26,649 bases of DNA from contig WAKA01000099.1 in NCBI GenBank assembly GCA_015523565.1, positions 1 to 26,649 on the forward strand, in the 5' to 3' direction. The translations under genes and the position numbers were made by a program. Numbering within the stretch: position 1 is the first letter of the stretch; every line of letters starts with the position of its first letter. The stretch is from Candidatus Heimdallarchaeota archaeon. GTDB taxonomy: Archaea > Asgardarchaeota > Heimdallarchaeia > Heimdallarchaeales > Kariarchaeaceae. The notes beneath the pieces are model-generated. The model did no database searches. It was given only the letters and a program-made list of their open reading frames with translations, and was not told the origin of the DNA. Below are positions 1 to 8,057 of this stretch, piece by piece.

Positions 1-20
1 CATTTTGATTCCTTTCTTTG
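1..20 (-). other. Probable start codon and ribosome-binding site of a minus-strand gene that runs off the left edge
   Basis: Bases 1-3 are CAT (ATG on the minus strand), preceded on that strand by AAGAAAGGAATCAAA, a purine-rich SD-like tract. The coding sequence would lie outside the window. Confidence 0.3.
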
Positions 21-113
21 CCATTATCTGGTACAAAAAGAAACGTCTGAGACAAATTGGTTGAATAGTTTCTAATTGATGTAAATTTATTTATTGCGAT
101 ATTTTTGAATTAG

Positions 114-572
114 CTATGCTTTTTCAAAGCCTTTCAAGTCAAAAAGTGATCCCTTTCTTTCATCATTCCAGAGTGCCTTGACTTTCATGCCAATCTCGGG
201 TTCTCCGAAAACTCTATGGAAGAAATATGTATCGGATCCATCAACTTTTATCAAGCCAAGATGATATGGTTCGTCCAACGGATTGCCCCTATGATCAAGG
301 AATACTTTGGTAAAGCTTTCCAGAGTTCCTTCCTGTGGCAGTTCCTTGAATTCAAGATCTGTAAGCTCGGTAAAACAGTCTTCACAATACATTTTCGGTG
401 GGAAATATGTAGTGGAGCAGTCTGGGCATGTGACAGCAAGCATTTTCTTGTCCTTAAGCCCATAAAAGAATTTTTCCCCGACAATTCCGACTGTGTAATG
501 GAAATGAATAGGGAAATCTCCTTTAACTTCATGGGTGGGTGCGTCAGTCATTGTTCTTCTTTTTGGAATCAT
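114..572 (-). CDS. DUF35 family protein (Zn-ribbon + OB-fold, acyl-CoA binding partner of thiolase-like proteins)
   Basis: CPDC...PPKMYCEDC zinc ribbon followed by GTLESFT and IGMKVKALW OB-fold motifs. ATGA overlap with the upstream DUF35 gene at 569-572, preceded by GGAGG. Confidence 0.92.
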   Translation of the reverse strand: MIPKRRTMTDAPTHEVKGDFPIHFHYTVGIVGEKFFYGLKDKKMLAVTCPDCSTTYFPPKMYCEDCFTELTDLEFKELPQEGTLESFTKVFLDHRGNPLDEPYHLGLIKVDGSDTYFFHRVFGEPEIGMKVKALWNDERKGSLFDLKGFEKA

Positions 573-1075
573 GCTTCTTCCTCCATTTTAGTGAAATACA
601 TAATATCTGTAATATCCCCTTTTCTTTCTTCAGGTGGTTTCCAGACCGCCTTGACTTTCATGCCAACCTTGATTTGGTCATGGGGGATGCTTTCATCTAG
701 CAGGTGAAGAAAACCTGAAGGGGATATTGTTGTTCCATCAATGTCTATGACTGCTGGGATTTCAGGGTCTTTTCTCCTGGATGCGTCTGTTCGAATATAA
801 GCCAAGGAAAATGTGTTTACAGTTCCTGTATCTGGTAATTCCACATATTCAACCATTGGAGAGAAACATTCTTCACAGAACATTCTTGGTGGACAGACAA
901 CTCTGTTGCAGTCATCGCATTTCACGCCATAGATCTTCCCTTCCTTCAATCCCTCAAGAAACTTGGAGATGGCAATTCCAGTTGCCCATGCATATTTAAT
1001 TTCTGGATAATGGTCTACGCTGAGCACTTGATTCATAAATTCGTCATGGGAAAGTTTTGTGCCTCTAACATTCAT
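569..1075 (-). CDS. DUF35 family protein (Zn-ribbon + OB-fold), second paralog
   Basis: CDDC...PPRMFCEEC, GTVNTFS and VGMKVKAVW motifs. ATGA overlap with the upstream thiolase-like gene at 1072-1075, preceded by GGAGGT. Confidence 0.93.
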   Translation of the reverse strand: MNVRGTKLSHDEFMNQVLSVDHYPEIKYAWATGIAISKFLEGLKEGKIYGVKCDDCNRVVCPPRMFCEECFSPMVEYVELPDTGTVNTFSLAYIRTDASRRKDPEIPAVIDIDGTTISPSGFLHLLDESIPHDQIKVGMKVKAVWKPPEERKGDITDIMYFTKMEEEA

Positions 1076-2271
1076 TCGACTCGACCTCCTTTCAGGATCA
1101 GGACTGTACCAACCTGCATCAAGTCACCCCAAGCTTGGGCAAGCCCCCTTGTGACATCTTTTGGTATTTGTCTTTTACCTGCTTTGCCTGTCAATTGCAA
1201 ATAGACTTCTGCGGCTTTCATACCAGCTGCCGCTGCAATGGGGTTGCCCACACCAAGCAATCCCCCTGATGGGGTTACTGGGAAATCACCGTCCCTTGCG
1301 GTAACACCTTCATATGCGGCCTCTGGTGCCTTCCCTTTGGGGAAGAGTTGAAGTCCCTCTAAATGGTGCAATTCTTTATAATCAAAAGGATCATAAGGCT
1401 CAGCAAAAGAAAGCCATTTGCGAAGTGTCTCAGGTGAATGGTCTTTTTGTCCTGCCATGTTGTAGGCCTGTTTCGCTGCTTTTTCTACATATTTTGGATA
1501 ATACAGGTCCCTATTTGTCCACATTGTAGTGTCGACATTCCAACCGACTCCATCAACCCATGCGACATCATCAAGGGAAATGCCGAATTCCTTGATTTTC
1601 TCCTCAGACATCATGACAAATGAAACTGCACCGTCAGCAACAGGGGAAATGTCCAAAAGATGTACAGGTTCCGCAAGAACCTCTGAATTCATGACATCAT
1701 CAATTGTGAGCTTCATTCCCAACATTGCACTTGGATGGTCCAATGCATTGCCCTTGTTCTTGACAGAAACAGCCGCGATATGTTCTTTTGGAATGCCATG
1801 GGTTTCCATATACCTTTTCATTTCGAGAGCGAAAATCCAGACAAGGTTTGGTCCCAAGGGTCTTTCAAGCATGCTATCAAAGATTGTATTGAATGCGGCT
1901 TGGGCGGATGGTAATACGCTTGACATTTTCTCTTCAGTTGTGACCAAGACAACATCATGCATACCAGAGGCAATGGAATACCAGCCTTGGATTGGTGAAA
2001 ACACACCTGTACCACCACCTACATATCCTCTCATAGCTGGAAGGTTAAATCCACCAGAACCATCTGTAAGGTATTCATGCTTTTGATGAACTCCATCAAA
2101 TGCGTCTGGTGCTGAGCCTATGATGACACCGTCAACATCCTTTCTTGTTATGCCTGCATCATCCAATGCGGCTTTGGCAGAGTAATATGCCAGTTCTTTT
2201 GGTGTTTCCTTTGCTCTTCTCATAAATTTCGTCATTCCGACGCTAACGATACCTACTTTCCTGTTTTTCAT
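1072..2271 (-). CDS. Thiolase-like (SCP-x type) protein lacking the catalytic Cys; Ltp3-like subunit
   Basis: Thiolase-fold motifs VGMTKF, EEKMS, SPVADGA and TPSGGLLGVGNP. The nucleophile loop reads GYVGGGTG (no Cys), ExHD is replaced by EPYD, and GHP by GNP. Confidence 0.88.
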   Translation of the reverse strand: MKNRKVGIVSVGMTKFMRRAKETPKELAYYSAKAALDDAGITRKDVDGVIIGSAPDAFDGVHQKHEYLTDGSGGFNLPAMRGYVGGGTGVFSPIQGWYSIASGMHDVVLVTTEEKMSSVLPSAQAAFNTIFDSMLERPLGPNLVWIFALEMKRYMETHGIPKEHIAAVSVKNKGNALDHPSAMLGMKLTIDDVMNSEVLAEPVHLLDISPVADGAVSFVMMSEEKIKEFGISLDDVAWVDGVGWNVDTTMWTNRDLYYPKYVEKAAKQAYNMAGQKDHSPETLRKWLSFAEPYDPFDYKELHHLEGLQLFPKGKAPEAAYEGVTARDGDFPVTPSGGLLGVGNPIAAAAGMKAAEVYLQLTGKAGKRQIPKDVTRGLAQAWGDLMQVGTVLILKGGRVE

Positions 2272-2276
2272 TCACA

Positions 2277-3428
2277 TCACTCCTTTGATAAGATTGCCAA
2301 GGCACCTGCTGTTGTAGGTACGCCTCTCCATGAGAAAGCAAGACCTGTTTTCACATCATTTAGTTGCCTTCTTCCTGCGATGCCTCGCAATTGCTCGACT
2401 ACTTCAACGATTCTCTGCAAACCATTGGCATCATGCGCATTTCCCATTCCCATGACACCTCCAGAGACATTGACTGGTGTATCTCCGTTTCTTGCCAGTT
2501 GCCCATTCATCAATGCTTTTGCCGCTTCTCCTTCTTTGAAAATCCCAAGCCCTTCAAGATGCTGGAGTTCTTTATAGGCATATGTGTCATCGATCTCAAA
2601 GAAATCTATTTGACCTGCTGGATCTGTTATCCCTGCCATTTTATATGCCTTATTTGCACAGAGTTTGGCATACTTGGCGGTCTTCCATTCCCTGGTCTCA
2701 AGATTCGGTGAGTTTGTGGCGTAACTGATGCCTTTTATCCAGACTGGGTCTACGTCCTTTTCCTTGACAACCTTTTCACTTGCCATGACAACAATGACTG
2801 CACCATCCGCATGTTCCGCTATCTCTCCTTCCCTTAATGGAGATGCCACCATGTCCGTTTCCAATACGTCTGATCGTGTTGCTTTCATCCCATATGCCGC
2901 ATATGGATTGAGAATTGCATTATTGTAATTCTTCACTGCAACTTCCGCAAATGCTTCTTCTTCAATATTGTAGGTTGACTGGTAAATCCTTTTTTCAAGA
3001 CCTGCAATGGAGTGGTGGGTTGCATCGAATTGCCTTGCATATATGGGATCCAAAGCAAAATGCTGAATTTGATTTGGAGTCAGCATGTCTGAAACTCTGC
3101 TTTGGGATTCCACCACGGCAATGTCAAACATGCCTGTAGCTATCTGCATATATGCCGCTGCCATTCCCTGTATGCCATCACCTGTTATGGTATGGACTGT
3201 GCGTTGTGCTGCACCCAATTGATCTGGTGCATATTCATCCGCGATTGATATTCCCATTGAAAAGTCCTCTTCACATGAAATGAATGTGTCGACTTCCTCT
3301 CTAGGATTTACTTTTGCATCGGTATAGGCCTTGACAGCAGCTTTGTAAACCATCTCCTTATAAGACAATTCACGGATTGCTGGTCTAAAACCTTCAATAC
3401 CAACACCAATAATTGCAACTTTTTCCAT
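2277..3428 (-). CDS. Thiolase-like (SCP-x type) protein lacking the catalytic Cys; Ltp4-like subunit
   Basis: VAIIGVG, ADGAVIVVM and PVNVSGGVMGMGN motifs. The nucleophile region reads HTITGDG (no Cys), and EIDD replaces ExHD. An SD-like GGGTGA lies just upstream of the ATG. Confidence 0.88.
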   Translation of the reverse strand: MEKVAIIGVGIEGFRPAIRELSYKEMVYKAAVKAYTDAKVNPREEVDTFISCEEDFSMGISIADEYAPDQLGAAQRTVHTITGDGIQGMAAAYMQIATGMFDIAVVESQSRVSDMLTPNQIQHFALDPIYARQFDATHHSIAGLEKRIYQSTYNIEEEAFAEVAVKNYNNAILNPYAAYGMKATRSDVLETDMVASPLREGEIAEHADGAVIVVMASEKVVKEKDVDPVWIKGISYATNSPNLETREWKTAKYAKLCANKAYKMAGITDPAGQIDFFEIDDTYAYKELQHLEGLGIFKEGEAAKALMNGQLARNGDTPVNVSGGVMGMGNAHDANGLQRIVEVVEQLRGIAGRRQLNDVKTGLAFSWRGVPTTAGALAILSKE

Positions 3429-3429
3429 A

Positions 3430-3520
3430 GTTTCACCCTTTGGTAAATCTGTGCCGGAAAGTAAAAATCCGTTTCCGACAACCTAGTATCAAGTAAAGCT
3501 ACTTTTTTTTAAATCTTGAT
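3430..3520 (-). promoter_or_regulatory. Putative promoter and leader of the thiolase-DUF35 operon, with inverted repeats
   Basis: Minus-strand TTTAAAA TATA-like box (~3507-3513) flanked by the inverted repeat ATCAAG (3488-3493)/CTTGAT (3515-3520). A second inverted repeat, CGGAAA (3455-3460)/TTTCCG (3472-3477), lies in the leader. Confidence 0.35.
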
Positions 3521-3556
3521 CTATCAACAATATCTTTTTGAAAACTTTGCACAGTT

Positions 3557-4762
3557 TCAATAATAACTGTCCCTAAATCGAAATGGCAGGAAAGTCACAT
3601 TAATTCCAATGAGATTTGCCAAATTATTGATGAACCTATGATTTAGATTGACGATATAGATCTTCACCAAAAAGGACGAATTGATTTTTTGAAAGGCTAA
3701 AATAAGCTCTTCTTCATTCATCTGCAGTCCATTGATTTCAAATATCTGCATTCGGTATAGATTTGTGAAGGCGCTTGGCTCTAACTTCTTGCATGAGAGC
3801 CTTAAGACTGAAAGTGTTTGAAGATTAAAAAATGCCGATGTCTTAATGACTTGTATATCAATTTCTTCCAAAATAATTGACTGCAATGCCGGCAAATTTT
3901 TGAAAGCCTCACTTTCTATTGTCTCTATGGGGTTTTTGCTTAAATCAATGGAATTGAGGTTGTCCATTTCGAAGAATCCTCTGGAGTGTATTTTCTTTAT
4001 TCTATTCTCCGCAAGTGACAAGCTTTGAAGTGCTGAATGATTGTTGAAAACATTGGATGGTATCTGTTTCAATTCATTTTGCCATAAAAACAAGGAAACC
4101 AAATTTGGCAGTTCCCTGAAACAATTTGGATGGAGCTTTGTAATCTTATTCTTTCCAAGATTCAGTTCTTCTAGGCTGAACAGGTCAATAAATTCATTTC
4201 CCTTCACTGTCATAATCCTGTTGTTCCACAAATTAAGACGCTTAAGTCTTGGGAGAAAATTAAAGGCTCCTGCTTCTATCTTTTTGATCTGGTTTTCAGA
4301 AAGGTCGATTTCCTCCAAGTCAGGAAAATTTGAAAATGCATTGCTCTTTACAGTATGGATTTTGTTTGTGGCGACAAATATCTGTTTAACCTTAACAAGA
4401 CCCTTGAATGATGAATGACTGATCAGTTCCACTTGGTTTCCATACATCAGGAATTTTTCCAGTTTTTTTAAATTCTGTAAATTTGGAATGGATGTCAAAT
4501 TATTGTGGCTCAAATCCAAAATCAATAGAGAACTTAGGGGATTGAATGTGTCAAAGTCAATTTCCTCAACTTGACAGCCAATGATTCTTAATGCTTTTAA
4601 GTTCTGGAACTTTTCAAATGCTGTATCTTTGATTTTGTTGATTTTTACATTCTTGATGGTTAATCTATTGTTCTCTAGAATGGCAAGATTATCACGAAGT
4701 AAGACCTCAAGAGTCAAGGAATCCAAAATCAATATATATCCATATTCTTTTTCAGTACTCAA
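3557..4762 (-). CDS. Leucine-rich repeat protein with about 12-13 mostly 24-aa typical-class repeats
   Basis: Repeated LxxLxLxxNxIxxIxxxxFxxL units, e.g. LEEIDLSENQIKKIEAGAFNFLPR and LNSIDLSKNPIETIESEAFKNLPA. The TTG start is uncertain, but an in-frame TAA lies 10 codons upstream. Confidence 0.92.
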   Translation of the reverse strand: MSTEKEYGYILILDSLTLEVLLRDNLAILENNRLTIKNVKINKIKDTAFEKFQNLKALRIIGCQVEEIDFDTFNPLSSLLILDLSHNNLTSIPNLQNLKKLEKFLMYGNQVELISHSSFKGLVKVKQIFVATNKIHTVKSNAFSNFPDLEEIDLSENQIKKIEAGAFNFLPRLKRLNLWNNRIMTVKGNEFIDLFSLEELNLGKNKITKLHPNCFRELPNLVSLFLWQNELKQIPSNVFNNHSALQSLSLAENRIKKIHSRGFFEMDNLNSIDLSKNPIETIESEAFKNLPALQSIILEEIDIQVIKTSAFFNLQTLSVLRLSCKKLEPSAFTNLYRMQIFEINGLQMNEEELILAFQKINSSFLVKIYIVNLNHRFINNLANLIGINVTFLPFRFRDSYY

Positions 4763-4929
4763 AAATGTTTTTTTTGGAAAATCTTTGTTTTATTTATGAA
4801 AAGAGGGTTTCCTTCATCAGAATTTTACCAATGCCATTAATCTTGTCATAATTGGTTTTATGACTTGTCCTTTCACAAGAAAAAAGGAAAAGCAAAAATG
4901 TTTTAATTTATTTATTGGTATTCTATCCA

Positions 4930-5709
4930 ATGAAAAGTATAGTTTTGATATTATTGATTGTTGGATCTTTTACAGTCAACAATACCATCTCGTTGGGCTC
5001 TGAAAACAATTTAAAGCAAATTTTTGATACTCCACAAATGGTTTCACCAACCAACGGTTCCTTTGTGGTTAATGGAAACATCACTTTTCAATGGGAAAAA
5101 GTGGGATTGGCTTTTTTTTATCAAATCCAAGTTTCAGAAGATAAAGAATTTGCAAACCCAGTTGTTGACAATTATACCGTTGACACAAGTTTCAATGTTT
5201 CTGGTTTGGCAGACAGATCATACTATTGGCGGGTAAGGGGGGGTGATTATACGGGTATTCCATGGCATTGGTCTGAGGCATGGTATTTTGTGGTATTTAC
5301 CCCATTAAGCCCTCCTATTTTAATTTCTCCAGACAATGGCGCTAAATTGACTGATGTTACATTGAAATGGCAAAGTCTTCAAGGTGCCATAAAATATCAT
5401 GTTCAAGTCAGTGAAAGCCAAACCTTCCAAAATCCTGTTATTTCTGAAACTTTGTCATCTACAAGTTTGACAATCACCTCTTTGGATGAGGGAACCTATT
5501 TTTGGAGAGTTCAAGGAGAAGACCAATATGGGAATCTTGGAGAATGGTCTGAAATGAGACAATTTTCTGTAATGGGTATTTCTTCTTCCACCCCTGTAGG
5601 TTCCACTGAAAACCAAGGAGGAATTAACAGTGTTTTCTTGCTTATGTCCTTGATTTTTGTTGCAATTATCATAAGACGCAAGAGTCATGATTTTTCGCAA
5701 TATTATTAA
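4930..5709 (+). CDS. Cell-surface protein with two tandem Fn3/Ig-like domains and a C-terminal membrane anchor
   Basis: Signal peptide MKSIVLILLIVGSF (ATG 4930 preferred over TTG 4915). Two ~90-aa repeats of the form PxxxSPxNG...W...YxxQVSE...F.NPV...YxWRVxGxDxxG...WSE. Then an S/T-rich linker, a hydrophobic helix and RRK. Confidence 0.8.
   Translation: MKSIVLILLIVGSFTVNNTISLGSENNLKQIFDTPQMVSPTNGSFVVNGNITFQWEKVGLAFFYQIQVSEDKEFANPVVDNYTVDTSFNVSGLADRSYYWRVRGGDYTGIPWHWSEAWYFVVFTPLSPPILISPDNGAKLTDVTLKWQSLQGAIKYHVQVSESQTFQNPVISETLSSTSLTITSLDEGTYFWRVQGEDQYGNLGEWSEMRQFSVMGISSSTPVGSTENQGGINSVFLLMSLIFVAIIIRRKSHDFSQYY
5029..5571 (+). repeat. Intragenic tandem duplication encoding the two Fn3-like domains
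   Basis: Unit 1 spans ~5029-5295 and unit 2 ~5311-5571. They share SPxNG, QVSE, FxNPV, WRVxG and WSE; tggtctga recurs at the DNA level. Confidence 0.7.
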
Positions 5710-5715
5710 AAGATA

Positions 5716-6333
5716 ATGTCCACATATTACATAGGTGTAGTGGCTATGAATTCAATAAATAGCTACATTTCCACCTTAGTTGCATTGGGAAAGTTAATTG
5801 AAAATTTTAGTGATGCAGAAAGGCTGAATGATTTAAGAAATAATTTACAGGAAATAAGTGAAGTGCCTATTGCAAGACAGGTTTTGCATCAGCTTGCATT
5901 GATTGGGAAGGAAATGATGAACAATGAAAATCAAATCCTGTTTCATTTGTTTAACTCTCCTTCATATTGCCATTTGGAATTGGATGAGGATACTGTTGAA
6001 TATTTGAAAAGCATGATATTTCATGGAATGCAAGAAGCTGTTTCTCCTGCCTTGGCATTACAATCAATAGGGATGTTTTATCTCAATGGAAACATGGATT
6101 TAATTCATCAAATTTACCTTTCTTACGCAATCAATGCCATGCTTAACAATTTCAGGACATTCAGGCAAAGGGTCGAAAGTTGTTATCATTTTGCAAATCA
6201 GGTCATTGTTTCCAATTTGTTTGATTTAGCCATTGAATTGCTTTCAATAGTCAAACAAGAAATGAACGGTGATAAAAATGAATTAAACATGCCATTCCTT
6301 AAAAAATCAGAAAATTCAATTGGTTGGACATGA
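5716..6333 (+). CDS. Hypothetical protein, predicted mostly alpha-helical
   Basis: 205-codon ORF packed 6 bp after the previous gene. No recognisable motif. The start could be the second Met (MNSINS). Confidence 0.6.
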   Translation: MSTYYIGVVAMNSINSYISTLVALGKLIENFSDAERLNDLRNNLQEISEVPIARQVLHQLALIGKEMMNNENQILFHLFNSPSYCHLELDEDTVEYLKSMIFHGMQEAVSPALALQSIGMFYLNGNMDLIHQIYLSYAINAMLNNFRTFRQRVESCYHFANQVIVSNLFDLAIELLSIVKQEMNGDKNELNMPFLKKSENSIGWT

Positions 6334-6342
6334 AGATATTTA

Positions 6343-7305
6343 ATGAAGCCAATGCATGGTAACCTAATGGGAATGAATAGTAATGTGCCCATCAAAGGCG
6401 AATTCAAGGTTCCAATGGAAAAAGGGATGAAAATTTTTACTAGAACCGTTTCATGTCCACACAATGATATCATTAATCTACAAGTAATTCTTGTCCATCC
6501 ATTTCCATTCTCATCTGAAATCTATTCTGGATTTTATGAATCATCATTAGTGAAAGAATTTTTGGAAATGGAATGCAATAAAGGGAACCATGTCAGGTTT
6601 TTGTTCCCGGATTTGCCTGGTTTCGGTCAGACATTGCCAATCACTGCTAATCCAAAAGACTTGGGAGGTTATGTTGATATCATTCATGCTCTTGCAGAAA
6701 ATTTGCCGCTGGTGATAGGGGGATGTTCAATGGGAGGTTACGTTGCTTTGGAGTATGTGTCACATTATGAAACCGAGGGATTGATTTTGATTGATACTCA
6801 CCCCTATGAAGATCCCTTGGAAAAACGCGATGCAAGGATAAGACAAGCCGGCCAATTTGAAAAAGTGTTGAAATCTGGACTCGGATTGAACAATGCAGAC
6901 TTAAGGATTCTTTCATTGAAAATGCCGATGTTTGCAGAATTCCTTCACAACCTAAGGAAACAGCTAGTTACTGAATCCAATTCTGAAATTGGCATGAAAG
7001 CATTGGAATTGATGCAAAAACAAAGTTTAGTTGGAATTATCAGTGCCTTGAGGGCAATGGCGGGAAGGAAAAGCAATGTTAATACACTTAAGGAATATGA
7101 AAAGCCAGTTCTGATTGTGGTGGGTGAAAAAGACAAAATCACACCTGTTGAAATGGCACAAAAAATGTCTGAACTTAATTCAAATCATTCCACAATGAAA
7201 ATAATAGCTGATTCAGGTCATTTGCCAATGCTGGAAAAGGTACAGGATTTTAACAAGACAATTATTGATTGGCTCGAAAAAGTTCTTGAAAATATGGTGA
7301 AATGA
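6343..7305 (+). CDS. Alpha/beta hydrolase (esterase/lactonase-like)
   Basis: HPFP oxyanion region, PDLPGFG, nucleophile elbow GCSMGG, acid in GEKD and His in SGH. The true start may be a later Met, e.g. 6427 (MKIFTR). Confidence 0.9.
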   Translation: MKPMHGNLMGMNSNVPIKGEFKVPMEKGMKIFTRTVSCPHNDIINLQVILVHPFPFSSEIYSGFYESSLVKEFLEMECNKGNHVRFLFPDLPGFGQTLPITANPKDLGGYVDIIHALAENLPLVIGGCSMGGYVALEYVSHYETEGLILIDTHPYEDPLEKRDARIRQAGQFEKVLKSGLGLNNADLRILSLKMPMFAEFLHNLRKQLVTESNSEIGMKALELMQKQSLVGIISALRAMAGRKSNVNTLKEYEKPVLIVVGEKDKITPVEMAQKMSELNSNHSTMKIIADSGHLPMLEKVQDFNKTIIDWLEKVLENMVK

Positions 7306-7354
7306 GATGAAAATAAACAACTGTTTTTTAGACCGTATTGTATGTAAACGTTGA

Positions 7355-8056
7355 ATGCGAGAACCTCATGTAATTGTGGACAATATAACAAAGACCTATG
7401 ATCTGGGTGAATCTAAGGTTGAGGCTTTAAAATCTGTATCTTTGTCTGTGGAAAAGGGAGAGTTCCTGATTGTTATGGGACCATCAGGTTCTGGCAAATC
7501 GACTCTTGTAAATATGATTGGTGGAATCGACAAACCAACAACAGGAAAAGTAAAAATAAATTCAACAAATGGGTCATTGGATTTACAGGGATTGAAGGAC
7601 AAGGATTTGACAAAATACCGCCGAAATCTAGTGGGATTTGTGTTTCAATTCTACAGTTTGGTTCCCACATTGACAGCTTTGGAAAATGTTGAAATGATTG
7701 GTGAACTTGTCAATATTCCTCGATCAGTTCTGAAAAAGAGAAGCATGCAATTGCTTGACGAAGTAGGATTGAAGGGAAGATATGGCTCATTTCCCTCCCA
7801 ATTGTCAGGTGGGGAAAGGCAAAGAGTCGCATTGGCACGTGCATTGGTTAAGCATCCTGAAATCCTGATTGTTGATGAACCGACTGGTCAACTGGATGAG
7901 GAGACAGGTGTTAAGATGGTTCAACTTATCAAAGACACAGCTAAGAAATATGGAAGCACAGTAGTCATGGTAACACATGACGGGAACTTGAAAAAGTTTG
8001 GAGACAGAATTATCTATCTGTCTTCTGGAAAGATCATTAAAGAGGAGGGGCAGTGA
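7355..8056 (+). CDS. ABC transporter ATP-binding protein, LolD/MacB family
   Basis: Walker A GPSGSGKST, GFVFQFY Q-loop, LSGGERQRV, DEPTGQLD and VTHD. Confidence 0.95.
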   Translation: MREPHVIVDNITKTYDLGESKVEALKSVSLSVEKGEFLIVMGPSGSGKSTLVNMIGGIDKPTTGKVKINSTNGSLDLQGLKDKDLTKYRRNLVGFVFQFYSLVPTLTALENVEMIGELVNIPRSVLKKRSMQLLDEVGLKGRYGSFPSQLSGGERQRVALARALVKHPEILIVDEPTGQLDEETGVKMVQLIKDTAKKYGSTVVMVTHDGNLKKFGDRIIYLSSGKIIKEEGQ

Positions 8057-8057
8057 A

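Noticed and set aside
1529-2086. 185-aa plus-strand ORF and similar antisense or shifted ORFs (e.g. 216-707, 15392-15874, 16674-17090, 20031-20474)
   Set aside because: They lie within well-supported genes, have no motifs, and show the composition expected of antisense shadows.
114-3428. Mevalonate-pathway thiolase/HMG-CoA synthase/DUF35 complex
   Set aside because: There is no HMG-CoA synthase gene in the window and both thiolase-fold proteins lack the catalytic Cys/His residues. A gene beyond the left edge cannot be excluded.
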